From Propionibacteriales bacterium (GTDB lineage Bacteria > Actinomycetota > Actinomycetes > Propionibacteriales > Nocardioidaceae), in NCBI GenBank assembly GCA_038254365.1, contig JBBSGI010000009.1, positions 1,227 to 65,226 of the forward strand: a stretch of 64,000 nt of DNA, written 5' to 3'. Shown piece by piece: positions 51,073-60,839 of this stretch. How positions within the stretch are numbered: position 1 is the first letter of the stretch; each line of letters begins with the position of its first letter. A model generated the notes under the pieces. It had not been told where the DNA came from. It made no database searches and saw only the letters and a program-made list of their open reading frames with translations. Both the position numbers and the translations under genes were made by a program.

Positions 51073-51396
51073 ATGAACGCGGACGAGGGGGCCGGCCAAC
51101 CGGTACCCGATGAGGTGTGGACCGAGCTTCGACGACTGAGGGCGAGCATCGACAACCTGGATGCCGCGCTGGTGCACCTGCTCGCGGAGCGCTTCGCGTG
51201 TACGCAGCAGGTCGGGCAGCTCAAGGCCCGGCACGGCATGCCGCCGGCGGATCCGGAGCGGGAGGCCCAGCAGATCGCCCGGCTTCGACAGCTCGCGGCG
51301 GAGGCACGCCTGGACCCGGAGTTCGCCGAGAAGTTCCTCGGGTTCGTCGTTGCCGAGGTGCTCAGGCACCACGAGGCGATCGCGCGCGACCCCTAG
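51073..51396 (+). CDS. chorismate mutase (AroQ class)
   Basis: LRASIDNLDAALVHLLAERFACTQQVGQLKARHGMPPADPEREAQ. 107 aa. Confidence 0.82.
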   Translation: MNADEGAGQPVPDEVWTELRRLRASIDNLDAALVHLLAERFACTQQVGQLKARHGMPPADPEREAQQIARLRQLAAEARLDPEFAEKFLGFVVAEVLRHHEAIARDP

Positions 51397-51445
51397 CGCC
51401 ACATCGGCGCGGGTCGGCGACGCATCCCGCACTACGCTCGACGAC

Positions 51446-52270
51446 GTGCACGTCTCGTCGTTGCGGATCTACCCGGTCAAGTCGACCACGGGCATCGACG
51501 TGTGTGAGGCCGTGGTCCACCCGTGGGGCCTCAACAACGACCGGCGCTGGATGGTCGTCGATCCGGCCGGTACGACGATGACCGCCCGCGTCCACCGTGA
51601 ACTGCTGCACGTCACCGCCACGCCTCGGCGCGGAGGCTCGATAGAGCTAACGGCACCGCGGATGGAGCCGCTGCACGTGGAGGTCCCCTGCCGGGACGTG
51701 TCGGTACCGCTCACGATGTCGCGCATCGAGTCGGGGATAGGCGCCGGTGTAGCGGCGGACCGATGGTTGTCCCGGCTCCTTGCCACGCCGGTTCGCCTGG
51801 TCTGGCTCGACGACCCGCGGCGCCGTACGGTCGGGACGTCCCACGGTGGACGGCCGGGCGACGCGCTGAACCTCGCGGACGCGGGACCCGTTCTGCTCAC
51901 GTCGACGACATCACTCGACAGGCTCAACGACTGGCTTCGGGAGACGGCCGCCGAACGCGTCGAGCGGGTCCCCAACCCCCTGCCGATGGTGCGGTTCCGA
52001 CCGAACATCGTCGTGACCGGGGTGGACGAGCCGTTCGCGGAGGACGAGTGGAAGCTGATCCGCGTCGGTGACGTCGAGCTGCGTTTCGCTGAGCACTGTG
52101 ACCGGTGCGTACTCACCACGATCGACCCGCAGACCCTCGCCTCCGGCAAGGAACCGACGCGCAGCCTCGCACTGCACCGCCAGTGGGACCACGAGGTCTT
52201 CTTCGGGGTGAGGCTCATCCCGGTGACGACCGGCGTGATCCGGGTCGGCGACCCGCTCGTGCTGCGTTGA
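51446..52270 (+). CDS. MOSC domain-containing protein
   Basis: MOSC N-terminal beta-barrel (SLRIYPVKS...GLNNDRRWMVVD) and the MOSC domain (FRPNIVV, CDRCVLTTIDP). GTG 51446. Confidence 0.82.
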   Translation: MHVSSLRIYPVKSTTGIDVCEAVVHPWGLNNDRRWMVVDPAGTTMTARVHRELLHVTATPRRGGSIELTAPRMEPLHVEVPCRDVSVPLTMSRIESGIGAGVAADRWLSRLLATPVRLVWLDDPRRRTVGTSHGGRPGDALNLADAGPVLLTSTTSLDRLNDWLRETAAERVERVPNPLPMVRFRPNIVVTGVDEPFAEDEWKLIRVGDVELRFAEHCDRCVLTTIDPQTLASGKEPTRSLALHRQWDHEVFFGVRLIPVTTGVIRVGDPLVLR

Positions 52271-52345
52271 CCGGATCCGCTGCCCGTCGTGGGCGGAAAA
52301 CGTAGGCTGGTCCGGCGGGGCCGACAGAGAGTGAGAGCTGGCGAG

Positions 52346-53728
52346 ATGACGGAGATCAAGCGGCACCGGGTCATGTTGTCCGAAGACGAGATGCCGACCC
52401 GGTGGTACAACATCGTGCCCGATCTGCCGGCGCCTCCTCCCCCCGTGCTGCACCCGGGAACCGGGCAGCCGGTCGGGCCCGACGACTTGGCGCCGCTGTT
52501 TCCGCTCGACCTCATCATGCAGGAGGTCACGAACGACAGGTACGTGGAGATCCCGGGCGAGATCCTCGACGTCTACCGGCTCTGGCGGCCTAGCCCGCTC
52601 TTCCGCGCGCACCGGCTGGAGAAGGCCCTCGGCACCCCGGCCCGGATCTACTACAAGTACGAGGGTGTCTCGCCGGCTGGCTCGCACAAGCCGAACACCG
52701 CTGTGCCTCAGGCGTTCTACAACGCCAAGGCAGGCATCAAGAGGCTGACCACCGAGACCGGTGCGGGACAGTGGGGCACCGCCCTCGCGTTCGCCTGCGC
52801 CCAGTTCGACGTCGAGTGTGAGGTCTGGCAAGTACGTGCCTCGTACGACCAGAAGCCGTACCGACGCATGATGATCGAGACGTTCGGCGGCATCGTGCAC
52901 CCTAGCCCCTCAGACCTGACGAACGCTGGGCGAGCCATCCTGGCCAAGGACCCCGACTCGACGGGCTCCCTCGGCATCGCGATCAGTGAGGCCGTCGAGA
53001 TGGCTGCCCAGGATCCGACGACCAACTATGCGCTGGGGAGCGTCCTCAACCACGTGCTGATGCACCAGACGATCATCGGCGAGGAGGCTTTGCTGCAGCT
53101 CGCGTCGATCGGAGAGACGCCCGACCTCCTCGTCGGATGCACTGGCGGCGGCTCCAACTTCGGCGGCCTCGCCTTCCCGTTCCTGCGCGAGAAGCTCGAG
53201 GGTCGCATGTCGCCGGTCATCCGCGCGGTGGAGCCTGCCGCCTGCCCATCCCTGACTCAAGGCGTCTACGCGTACGACTTCGGCGACACAGCAGGCATGA
53301 CGCCGCTGCTCAAGATGCACACCCTTGGCCATGACTTCATCCCCGACCCCATTCACTCCGGCGGGCTCCGCTACCACGGGATGAGCCCGCTGATCAGTCA
53401 TCTGTACGACCAGGGCATGCTCGAGGCGACGGCCAAGCCGCAGTCGGAGTGCTTCGCGGCCGGCGTGCTGTTCGCTCGCACCGAGGGGATCGTGCCGGCG
53501 CCGGAGCCGACTCATGCGCTCGCAGCGGCAGTCGAGGAGGCTCGACGATGCACGGAGACCGGCGAGGAGAAGGTCATACTGACGGCGCTCTGCGGGCACG
53601 GACATCTCGACCTGCCTGCCTACGACGCCTACCTCCACGGCCGAATTGTCGACCACGCCTGGGAGGACGCCGATGTCCAGGCCAGGGTCAACCGGGCGCT
53701 GGAGAACCTCCCTGCCCTGGCGCACTGA
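52346..53728 (+). CDS. TrpB-like PLP-dependent enzyme (TrpB2 type)
   Basis: [13 protein letters not shown]..., [18 protein letters not shown] (PLP lysine), [11 protein letters not shown]. Confidence 0.85.
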   Translation: MTEIKRHRVMLSEDEMPTRWYNIVPDLPAPPPPVLHPGTGQPVGPDDLAPLFPLDLIMQEVTNDRYVEIPGEILDVYRLWRPSPLFRAHRLEKALGTPARIYYKYEGVSPAGSHKPNTAVPQAFYNAKAGIKRLTTETGAGQWGTALAFACAQFDVECEVWQVRASYDQKPYRRMMIETFGGIVHPSPSDLTNAGRAILAKDPDSTGSLGIAISEAVEMAAQDPTTNYALGSVLNHVLMHQTIIGEEALLQLASIGETPDLLVGCTGGGSNFGGLAFPFLREKLEGRMSPVIRAVEPAACPSLTQGVYAYDFGDTAGMTPLLKMHTLGHDFIPDPIHSGGLRYHGMSPLISHLYDQGMLEATAKPQSECFAAGVLFARTEGIVPAPEPTHALAAAVEEARRCTETGEEKVILTALCGHGHLDLPAYDAYLHGRIVDHAWEDADVQARVNRALENLPALAH

Positions 53729-53760
53729 GCGCGACAGCCGCACGACGCGCTCGCACCGCG

Positions 53761-54231
53761 TCAGGCTCGCACGCTACGTGGTGGCGGGCTCCAGGACCCG
53801 GATCGGGATCTGCCGCTCCGTCTTCTTCTGGTACTCCTCATAGTCCGGCCAGACTCATAGTCCGGCCAGACCTCGACGGCCCGCTGCCACCACAGCACCT
53901 TCTCCTCCCCCACGACCTCACGGGCGACCATGTCGTGGCGCGCGGGGCCGTCTTGGAGCTCGACGTGCGGGTGGTTGCGGACGTTGTGGTACCAGACCGG
54001 GTTCTTCGGCGCGCCGCCGAGCGAGGCAACGATGGCGTAGGTCCCGTCGTGCTCAACCCGCATCAGCGGTGTCTTGCGCAGCTTGCCGGACTTCGCGCCG
54101 ACGGTCGTCAAGATCACCACCGGCTTCCCGCTCATCGTGGTGCCCTTGGTGCCGCCGGAGCTCTCGTACTCCTCGACCTGGTCCCGAGCCCACTGGCTGG
54201 GTCCCGGCTCGTACTTTCCTTGCAATGGCAT
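53761..54231 (-). CDS. F420-dependent nitroreductase (Ddn/deazaflavin-dependent family) with C-terminus altered by a 17-bp duplication
   Basis: [18 protein letters not shown]...[15 protein letters not shown] is the Ddn family core. After WPDYE the frame is shifted by the duplication at 53838-53871. Confidence 0.75.
   Translation of the reverse strand: MPLQGKYEPGPSQWARDQVEEYESSGGTKGTTMSGKPVVILTTVGAKSGKLRKTPLMRVEHDGTYAIVASLGGAPKNPVWYHNVRNHPHVELQDGPARHDMVAREVVGEEKVLWWQRAVEVWPDYESGRTMRSTRRRRSGRSRSGSWSPPPRSVRA
53838..53871. repeat. perfect 17-bp tandem duplication (TCATAGTCCGGCCAGAC x2)
   Basis: Read directly: 53838-53854 is identical to 53855-53871. Confidence 0.97.
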
Positions 54232-54259
54232 AGCTCCAGTCAACACCGCCGAGCGCAGT

Positions 54260-55306
54260 TCAGCGACCGGTGGGGGGCTCATCATCTGTTGGCGCGCGCC
54301 GCGCGGAGCCTTCGTTGAGGCGTCCGAGCATCCGGTTGTAGGCGGCGAGGGCAGCTTCGTCCTCGTCGAGATCGGCGCCGTCTAGCCGAGTGCGCTCGCC
54401 GGTGGCGTCGAGGTGGTCGGCCAGTGTGCTCCGCCGTACCCCCTCGAGCCAGCCGCCGGCCGTTGCGTTCGTCGAGGAGTGTGTGATGTAAGCGAGCACG
54501 ACTCCGACGATGAACAGCATCATCAGCCCGTCACCGAAGGCCCACATGATGCCACCGCCGCGGTTCAGGTCGTGGAGGGGCGTGGGTCCCCAGCTGCGGC
54601 GGATCTCGGCGTACGCGGGGAAGAGCTCATGATCCGCCTGCAAGAGGACGATGCCGACAATGGTCTCGGGTGCCATCGCGATGAACAGCGCGACGAGGCG
54701 CACCAGGTACGGCGGCTGCCAGCGGATTGGTTCGTTGCCGAGCAGCGGCAGCAGGAAGAGATAGCCGCCAACGAGGTAGAGCACGGCCTCGACCTGGTGC
54801 AGCCACGGGTGCAGCATCATCTGCTGCATGAACGACGTCAGATGTGTGCCGACGATGATGCCGGCGTAGAGCAGGAAGCCAATCACCGGGTGCGTCAGGA
54901 TCGTGATCGGGGCCGAACGGAGGCTGGCTTCGACGCGAGCCCGCATGGTGCCGCGGGTGACCTGGAGCAACAGAGTCAGGGGGCTGCCCAGCACCAGCAG
55001 GGCCGGCGCCACCATGATCAGCAGCAGGTGCTGCACCATGTGCACCCAGAAGAGCACGTGGCCGTACGTCTCGATGGCCGTGTTCAGGCTGACCCCCAGC
55101 GTGACGAGTCCGAGCAAGAAGCACGCAACCCGGTACCACGGCAGGGGCGGGTCCCCGGTGCGGCGGGCACGGCGCAGGCCGAGGGCGTACGAAACGAGTG
55201 CGGCGAGGATGAGCACGTCCCACACCAGGTTCAGCTGCCAGGCGGTGAAGAGCAGGTGCCAGGTGAGGGGGTCGTAGCCGCCCATGTCCATGTCAGGCAC
55301 GGTCAC
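54260..55306 (-). CDS. cytochrome c oxidase assembly protein (Caa3_CtaG family membrane protein)
   Basis: Polytopic membrane protein. [21 protein letters not shown] and the later HP/W-rich helices are typical of the actinobacterial CtaG-like family. Confidence 0.7.
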   Translation of the reverse strand: MTVPDMDMGGYDPLTWHLLFTAWQLNLVWDVLILAALVSYALGLRRARRTGDPPLPWYRVACFLLGLVTLGVSLNTAIETYGHVLFWVHMVQHLLLIMVAPALLVLGSPLTLLLQVTRGTMRARVEASLRSAPITILTHPVIGFLLYAGIIVGTHLTSFMQQMMLHPWLHQVEAVLYLVGGYLFLLPLLGNEPIRWQPPYLVRLVALFIAMAPETIVGIVLLQADHELFPAYAEIRRSWGPTPLHDLNRGGGIMWAFGDGLMMLFIVGVVLAYITHSSTNATAGGWLEGVRRSTLADHLDATGERTRLDGADLDEDEAALAAYNRMLGRLNEGSARRAPTDDEPPTGR

Positions 55307-55433
55307 CCACCTCGGTCCTCACTCCCCCATTGTCGTGCTCGGCCAGCGGCCCGAGTGGGAGGGTCGGTACGGCAGCCCGGTCGTGGAGCGCCCCCACACC
55401 GCCCCGGCGCGCCCGTGCCTCGACGGGCTCGGT

Positions 55434-55750
55434 TCACCGGTGCTCGGGGTTCTCGTAGTCGTAGCGACACCCCGCGTCCCAACCTGCCCGGACGTTGCCC
55501 CATACCGGGAACCCACCGGCGTCCTTGAGCAGCTTGGCCAGATGCATCACGTTCCAGGTCATGAACGTGGTGTTGCGGTTCGTGAAGTCGTTCTCCGGCC
55601 CTCCCGAACCCGGGTCGAGATAGGAGGGTCCCGGGCCCGCCTCACCGATCCAGCCCGCGTCGGCCTGCGGCGGAATGCTGTAGCCGCTGTGCTGCAGGGT
55701 ATCGCGTCGGCCGCGGGCGGGGCTGTTGCGGGAGAGGCGACGGCAGTCAT
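55434..55750 (-). pseudogene. small conserved-looking ORF whose coding frame has no canonical start (possible frameshift)
   Basis: A high-GC3 frame (LQHSGYSIPPQADAGWIGEAGPGPSYLDPGSGGPENDFTNRNTTFMTWNVMHLAKLLKDAGGFPVWGNVRAGWDAGCRYDYENPEHR) ends at TGA 55434. The only good start, AAGGAG-N6-ATG at 55750, is in another frame. Confidence 0.35.
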
Positions 55751-55963
55751 GGCAGGCTCCTTGCGTGTCACGGGCATCGGTAGAGACAAGAGTGGCAGGC
55801 CATAGGGTGGGTAACCTGCCAGACCGTCGAAAGGGCAGGCCCGTACCCGGTGTTGAGCTCTCGGCGGCGATGGGCCGGGTCGAAGTCCGTCGCCCCTAGG
55901 CGGTCCCGGGGCGTAAGGTCAGAGTCCTGCGGAGCCATCCAGGCTTCCGACCAGGGAGCCACC

Positions 55964-56095
55964 ATGGCTGACAAGTCCCCCCGACAACACCTCTCCAAGA
56001 AGGCCGGCAAGTCGCTCAAGGAAAAGCGCGCCGAGAAGCACGCGAAAGCCGATGCGAAGGGCAACACCCCGATCATCCCCCCGAAGAAGAGCTGA
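55964..56095 (+). CDS. 43-aa Lys-rich small protein
   Basis: MADKSPRQHLSKKAGKSLKEKRAEKHAKADAKGNTPIIPPKKS. ATG is preceded by AGGGAG. A hairpin GGTGAGCACC...GGTGCTTCACC lies downstream. Confidence 0.5.
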   Translation: MADKSPRQHLSKKAGKSLKEKRAEKHAKADAKGNTPIIPPKKS

Positions 56096-56300
56096 CCGGT
56101 CAGACCCCGCGGCGAGGCGGGCTAGCCCGATAGGTGAGCACCCAGCGTCAAGGTGCTTCACCATGCTGGTGCACCTCTCCGACCTCCGCAGTACTTCCTG
56201 GCCCCGGCCGGACGGCCCTCGTCAGCCTTCCGGCTGAATCGTTACCTCCCCAAGACATTCGTCGGCAGGTCCTCCGCTTGCGAAGGAGCAAACTGGGCGG

Positions 56301-56954
56301 GTGAGCATCGGACGCCCGAGCCGCTACACCGGCGGCGCGCGCCTGTATGACGTGTTGTCCGGGGAGCGGCCGGTGTATCGCGCCGGGCGGGTCCTCGGCG
56401 TCACCGATCTTGAGCTGCGTCCGGGGGATCGGGTGCTTGATATCGGCTGCGGGACGGGGCTGAACTTCCCGCTGCTGCACGACGCGGTCGGGCCGAGCGG
56501 CGCGATCGTCGGGGTCGACGCGAGCAGCGCGATGCTGGCCCGCGCGCGGGCGCGGCGCAAGAACCGAGGATGGCGCAACGTGAACCTAGTCGAGGCCGAC
56601 GCAGGTGACCTGGGTGAGACACTCTCGCAGTCTGCGCTGTCCCATTCGGTTGTTTCGGGGATGTTTGACGCCGCCCTGTTCACCTATTCTCTGTCGATCA
56701 TCGACCGATGGCGTGATGCCTACGCACAGACCGCGGCCGCAGTACGTCCCGGTGGACGGATCGTTGTGGTCGACATGGCCTTGCCGGTCGGGCGGTGGCG
56801 GGTGTTCTCGCCGCTGGCCCGGTTCGCGTGTTTCACCGGCGGCGCCGATATTACCCGAGCACCGTGGACCCTGCTGCTGTCGAGCACGACGAGGACGAGA
56901 CATCGCGTTGTCCGCGGGGGCCATATCCATATCGCCGCCGGAAGCCGGCCGTGA
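56301..56954 (+). CDS. class I SAM-dependent methyltransferase
   Basis: VLDIGCGTGLNFPLL...GVDASSAML. Convergent with the end of the radical SAM operon. Confidence 0.8.
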   Translation: MSIGRPSRYTGGARLYDVLSGERPVYRAGRVLGVTDLELRPGDRVLDIGCGTGLNFPLLHDAVGPSGAIVGVDASSAMLARARARRKNRGWRNVNLVEADAGDLGETLSQSALSHSVVSGMFDAALFTYSLSIIDRWRDAYAQTAAAVRPGGRIVVVDMALPVGRWRVFSPLARFACFTGGADITRAPWTLLLSSTTRTRHRVVRGGHIHIAAGSRP

Positions 56955-56965
56955 CCTGGCGGTGC

Positions 56966-57643
56966 TCACCGAGCATCTTGCTGGCCCGACGGTCCCGCCC
57001 TCGCCGCCTGGGAGCGTCGGTGCCGTGAGACGGCCACACCGACGGCGCTCAGCAGGATCAGGGCGCTTATCGCTGTGAGGAACGGCAGCGATCCCGGCCG
57101 GTCGCCGTAGGCGCCGACAGCCACGTAGGCAGTCGTGCCGGGCAGGATGCCGAGAAGTGTCCCTGCGAGGTATCTCGATGGCCGAACAGCGGTGAGCCCA
57201 CTGAGGTAGTTGAGAGCGGTGAACGGCACGATCGGCACGAGACGCGCCGCGAGCACTGCCCAGAACCCCCGACGGGCCAGGTAGCGGTCCAGCGTCTGCA
57301 GCCGCGCTCCGGTGAAGTGCTGCACGGCGTCGCGGCCCAGCACCCGACCGAGATGGAACGCGGCGAGGGCGCCGAGCGTCGCGCCGAGCACGACGATCGG
57401 CAGGCCCCGGGCCAGCCCAAAGACCGCGCCGGCGGCTATGGTGAAGACCGTCGCAGGCAGCGGCAGCAGGCTGAGCAGGGCGTACACGACGGCAAATCCG
57501 AGCGCGCCGACCAGGCCGGTGCCGGCGTACTGGGCCTTCAGACCGGCGACGTCTGGAACGTCGACGAACACGGCCAAAAAGACGGCGGTGACCACCAGAA
57601 CTGCCAGGCCGGCGAGGCGGTAACGCACATCCGGACGCATCAT
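56966..57643 (-). CDS. TVP38/TMEM64 (DedA-related) family membrane protein
   Basis: LLPLPATVFTIAAGAVFG...RLVPIVPFTALNYLSGLT. The start is taken at MRPDVRYRLAG. The ORF extends to 57673. Confidence 0.8.
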   Translation of the reverse strand: MMRPDVRYRLAGLAVLVVTAVFLAVFVDVPDVAGLKAQYAGTGLVGALGFAVVYALLSLLPLPATVFTIAAGAVFGLARGLPIVVLGATLGALAAFHLGRVLGRDAVQHFTGARLQTLDRYLARRGFWAVLAARLVPIVPFTALNYLSGLTAVRPSRYLAGTLLGILPGTTAYVAVGAYGDRPGSLPFLTAISALILLSAVGVAVSRHRRSQAARAGPSGQQDAR

Positions 57644-57697
57644 ACGACTTCCGTGTAGTCCGCACTGACGCATGTGCGGGCCGGGACGGCGGCGTGG

Positions 57698-59380
57698 TCA
57701 GATCGCACAGCGGTAGGGCTGGGGCATGCTTCCGTCAGCCAATCGGGCGGCGAAGAACCGCTCAGTCACCAGCTGCTTGCCGACACGCAACGACGCGGCT
57801 CCGGTGGTCAGCAGCATGTCCGGGCTGGTCTCGGCGTCCGCGCCGGCAGGATGCCAATGCAGCCCGTCGGCAGTGACCGTCAGCTCGGGGGTCGTGTCGT
57901 CTTCACCGATGTCCATCCCGTGGTCGGAGAAGCCCCGACGCAGCATGGGCCGTACCGCGAAGGCGTCGCCTTTCACCCCGAGGCCGGCGAGCATGTCCGC
58001 CACCTCCCCGATCTCGGCGGTGTTCTCCGGTGTCTCGGTGAGCGCAACCCGCACCACAAGCCCGAGGTCCAGCGCGGTCGCGATGCCGTCCATCGTGCGC
58101 TGCCACGAGCCTCGTCCGCGGTGGATGTCGTGCGTCGCGGCCGTTGCCCCGTCCAGCGAGGTTTGCACTACCAGATTCGGATGGTCGGCGAGGTCGCGCA
58201 GGGGATCGAGGCGGGCGCCCCGTAGCAGCATCGCGTTGGTGAGCAAGACCGTCGGCAACCGGTCGACGGCGTAGTGGAGCATGCCCGCGAGGTCGGGGTG
58301 CAGCATCGGCTCACCGCCGGTCAAATAGAGCTCGGCGAACTCTTCGTCGACGGCCTCGTCGACGCGGGCACGGAGCTGCTCGAGCGACAGGCTGCGAGCC
58401 CGGGCCTTTGGTGAGGATGCGACTGCGCAGTAGTCACACGCGAGGTTGCAGTGGAAGTTGGTATAGATCCACAACCGGGCAGGAAAGAACGGCGAGCCGA
58501 ACAGCGGAATCACCGGCAGCTCGCCATCGGTCGTGATGCCCGGGGGGCCACCCCACCCGTCGTCAGCGGCGGCGAAGCCGTCGGGCAGCGAGGAGCGGTA
58601 GAGGTGATACCGGCCGGTCGAGCGTTCTCGCGGCGGCAGAATCTCCAGACACGTGGCCCACCAGCCGGACTCGATCGTCTCGACGAAGGGCTGCGGCAAC
58701 CCGGCCCGGGTCATCGACGCGGCCTGGGCCTGCCAGTCGTAGTCCAGCGCGACGAGCTCGGCCCTGGCTTCCCCGTTTTCGATGTCAAGGACGGCGTACC
58801 AGACGCTGCGGGTGCCGTCGTTGGCCGGCTTGCCTAGCACGCCGACGTTGACGGCGAGGGTGTTGCCGATCCGCCGCTGCCACGGCAGCCCGCTGTGGGT
58901 GCAGAGGATGACGTCCGCGCCGCTGAGGGCCGCCCGAGCCTGGTGTTCCTCCTCGGGCAGAGACTCCCACCAGAAATCGTTCAACGCCACGGTAGAGCCG
59001 TGCACCAGGTGCAGATCACAGCCCTCGATCGTTACCCGCTGCTCGGTGGGCAGGGCTCCCATCCAGGCGGCGAACTGCGGGCTGGTGTGTGCCCGAGTGT
59101 GGTCGTAGATCAGCTGGGCGAACTCGTTGTCGCGAGGGTCGAGGTAGCCGCAGCCGCAATCGGGGTCGCCGCCGGCGAGGGCGACGTCGTAGTTGCCGGC
59201 GATGCACTCCATACCGGCGTCGGTCAGCAGCGGCCACAGGGTGTCCATCTCGGCGCCGAACCCACCAAGATCGCCGAGACAAAATAGCCGTTCGCAGCCG
59301 CGGGCCTTCGCGTCGATGATGAATGCCCGCAGCGCGTAGGGATTGGCGTAGGGGCCACCGCACACCGCTATGCGCGTCAT
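57698..59380 (-). CDS. fusion protein: calcineurin-like metallophosphoesterase (N) + radical SAM domain (C)
   Basis: Residues 1 to about 250 carry MPE motifs (IAVCGGPY, CLGDLGG, AGNYD, LVHGS, CTHSG). Residues from about 300 carry the radical SAM motif CNLACDYC (58427-58450) and LTGGEPMLHP. No SPASM or Cys-rich C-terminal domain is seen. Confidence 0.8.
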   Translation of the reverse strand: MTRIAVCGGPYANPYALRAFIIDAKARGCERLFCLGDLGGFGAEMDTLWPLLTDAGMECIAGNYDVALAGGDPDCGCGYLDPRDNEFAQLIYDHTRAHTSPQFAAWMGALPTEQRVTIEGCDLHLVHGSTVALNDFWWESLPEEEHQARAALSGADVILCTHSGLPWQRRIGNTLAVNVGVLGKPANDGTRSVWYAVLDIENGEARAELVALDYDWQAQAASMTRAGLPQPFVETIESGWWATCLEILPPRERSTGRYHLYRSSLPDGFAAADDGWGGPPGITTDGELPVIPLFGSPFFPARLWIYTNFHCNLACDYCAVASSPKARARSLSLEQLRARVDEAVDEEFAELYLTGGEPMLHPDLAGMLHYAVDRLPTVLLTNAMLLRGARLDPLRDLADHPNLVVQTSLDGATAATHDIHRGRGSWQRTMDGIATALDLGLVVRVALTETPENTAEIGEVADMLAGLGVKGDAFAVRPMLRRGFSDHGMDIGEDDTTPELTVTADGLHWHPAGADAETSPDMLLTTGAASLRVGKQLVTERFFAARLADGSMPQPYRCAI

Positions 59381-59438
59381 CTTCCCCCCAGTCTCGGCGT
59401 TCCCGCAGTTGCCGTCGTCGCTCGCGTCGTCGGTGAGT

Positions 59439-60839
59439 TCACAGCAGTACCGGTTCGGCGTGAAGCGGCGCCACGTCTTCGAGGGAGCGCCGCGACGGGT
59501 CGCGTCCGCCGTTGACCGCGGCGACGCCGACGGCGACCGCGCCGATCAACCAGAATCCCGCCACGAGCAGGTAGGACACGGTGGCGCCGAGGTCAGCGGC
59601 GATGCTGGGCAGGGCCAGGGTGCCGATGATCGCCCCGATGCGGCCGACCGCGACCGACGCCCCGACGCCGACCCCGCGCAGGTGCGTCGGGAAGAGCTCG
59701 GTGAACGTCGGGTAGGCCGACGTCCAGGCCGCGGTGCCCATGCCGTTGGCGACGACGAAGGCCAGCGTCACCCACACGGCACTGCCGCTCTGGGTGGCCA
59801 CGGAGAGCACGGCCACGGCGATCGCCGACAGGAGGTAACAAGCGCCGACCGTGCGCCTGTGGCCGACCCGATCAAACAAGCTGGCCATGATCAGGCCCCC
59901 AGCGAGCGCGCCCACGTTGCCGACGATGTAGAAGACCGGAATTCCGGATTGAGAGATGTCGATCTGCGGGAGCACGACCACCGACATCAGCGCGAACAGC
60001 CCGTAATAGCCGAACGCTTCGGCAAGATCGAGCATGGACCCCAATGCGAGCCGGCCCGGGTAGTGGCGCACCAGTTCGGCCAGCGCCGACCTCGTCGAAG
60101 CGACGACCGCAGGCCCGGACGCCGGGCTGGTCAGGGTCACCACCGGCGTCCGATCGCCTTCCAGCACCCGGATTGTCTGCTCGGCCTCAGTCATCCGCCC
60201 CTGGGAGGCCAGCCACCGTGGTGACTCTGGGATGCGGCGTCGGAAGAACAGCACGACAAGGGCGACCAGGCCGCCGAGGATGAACATGTAGCGCCAGGAC
60301 ACCGCGCTGGACAGGGCCAGGGTGTCGAGTGCGAAGTAGGCCAGCAGCCCAGCCAGGATGGCGCCAATCGGCCAGAAATTCATGACCAGCGCGTTCGCCT
60401 TCCCACGCACGCGCGCTGGCATGAACTCGGCGATGGCGGCGTTCACGATCGAGTATTCGGCCCCGACCCCGAGCGCGGCCAGGAAACGGAAGCCATAGAC
60501 GAAACTCAGATTCGGGCTCAAGCCCGTGAGCACAGTGAAGCCCGCGTACCAGAGCAGGGTGGCCACGAACAAGCGCCGCCGCCCGAAGCGGTCGGCTAGA
60601 CGACCGCCGACGACCGCCCCGAACAGGATGCCGACGAGCCAGATGGCAAGTACCGCGTCCCGCTCGAACATGCTCGCACCGAAGTGGTCGCCGAGCGGCC
60701 CGACAGCGCTGCTAAATATTTGTACTTCGAAGGAGTCGAACAGCCAGCCCGCGCCGAGCGCAATCAAGATCGTGGTGTGCAGACGTCGCCACGCCGCGTC
60801 GTCGAGGCGCCTACCGAGGTCGGTCTCAGTCGCCATCAA
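59439..60839 (-). CDS. MFS transporter (12-TMS, sugar-porter/metabolite:H+ symporter-like)
   Basis: GRLADRFGRRRLF, PESPRWL. Overlaps the upstream GT2 gene by 14 nt. Confidence 0.85.
   Translation of the reverse strand: MMATETDLGRRLDDAAWRRLHTTILIALGAGWLFDSFEVQIFSSAVGPLGDHFGASMFERDAVLAIWLVGILFGAVVGGRLADRFGRRRLFVATLLWYAGFTVLTGLSPNLSFVYGFRFLAALGVGAEYSIVNAAIAEFMPARVRGKANALVMNFWPIGAILAGLLAYFALDTLALSSAVSWRYMFILGGLVALVVLFFRRRIPESPRWLASQGRMTEAEQTIRVLEGDRTPVVTLTSPASGPAVVASTRSALAELVRHYPGRLALGSMLDLAEAFGYYGLFALMSVVVLPQIDISQSGIPVFYIVGNVGALAGGLIMASLFDRVGHRRTVGACYLLSAIAVAVLSVATQSGSAVWVTLAFVVANGMGTAAWTSAYPTFTELFPTHLRGVGVGASVAVGRIGAIIGTLALPSIAADLGATVSYLLVAGFWLIGAVAVGVAAVNGGRDPSRRSLEDVAPLHAEPVLL

Noticed and set aside
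57644-57700. The TGA ending the metallophosphoesterase-rSAM ORF is in the same frame as the downstream TVP38 ORF. I considered selenocysteine recoding, because related rSAM enzymes often carry Sec near their C-terminus.
   Set aside because: Read-through would fuse a soluble enzyme to a polytopic membrane protein. Codon third-position GC drops in the spacer. The only hairpin (CCGCAC-N8-GTGCGG, 18 nt downstream) is short and not SECIS-like. TVP38 has its own Met start. Sharing a frame has a 1 in 3 chance anyway.
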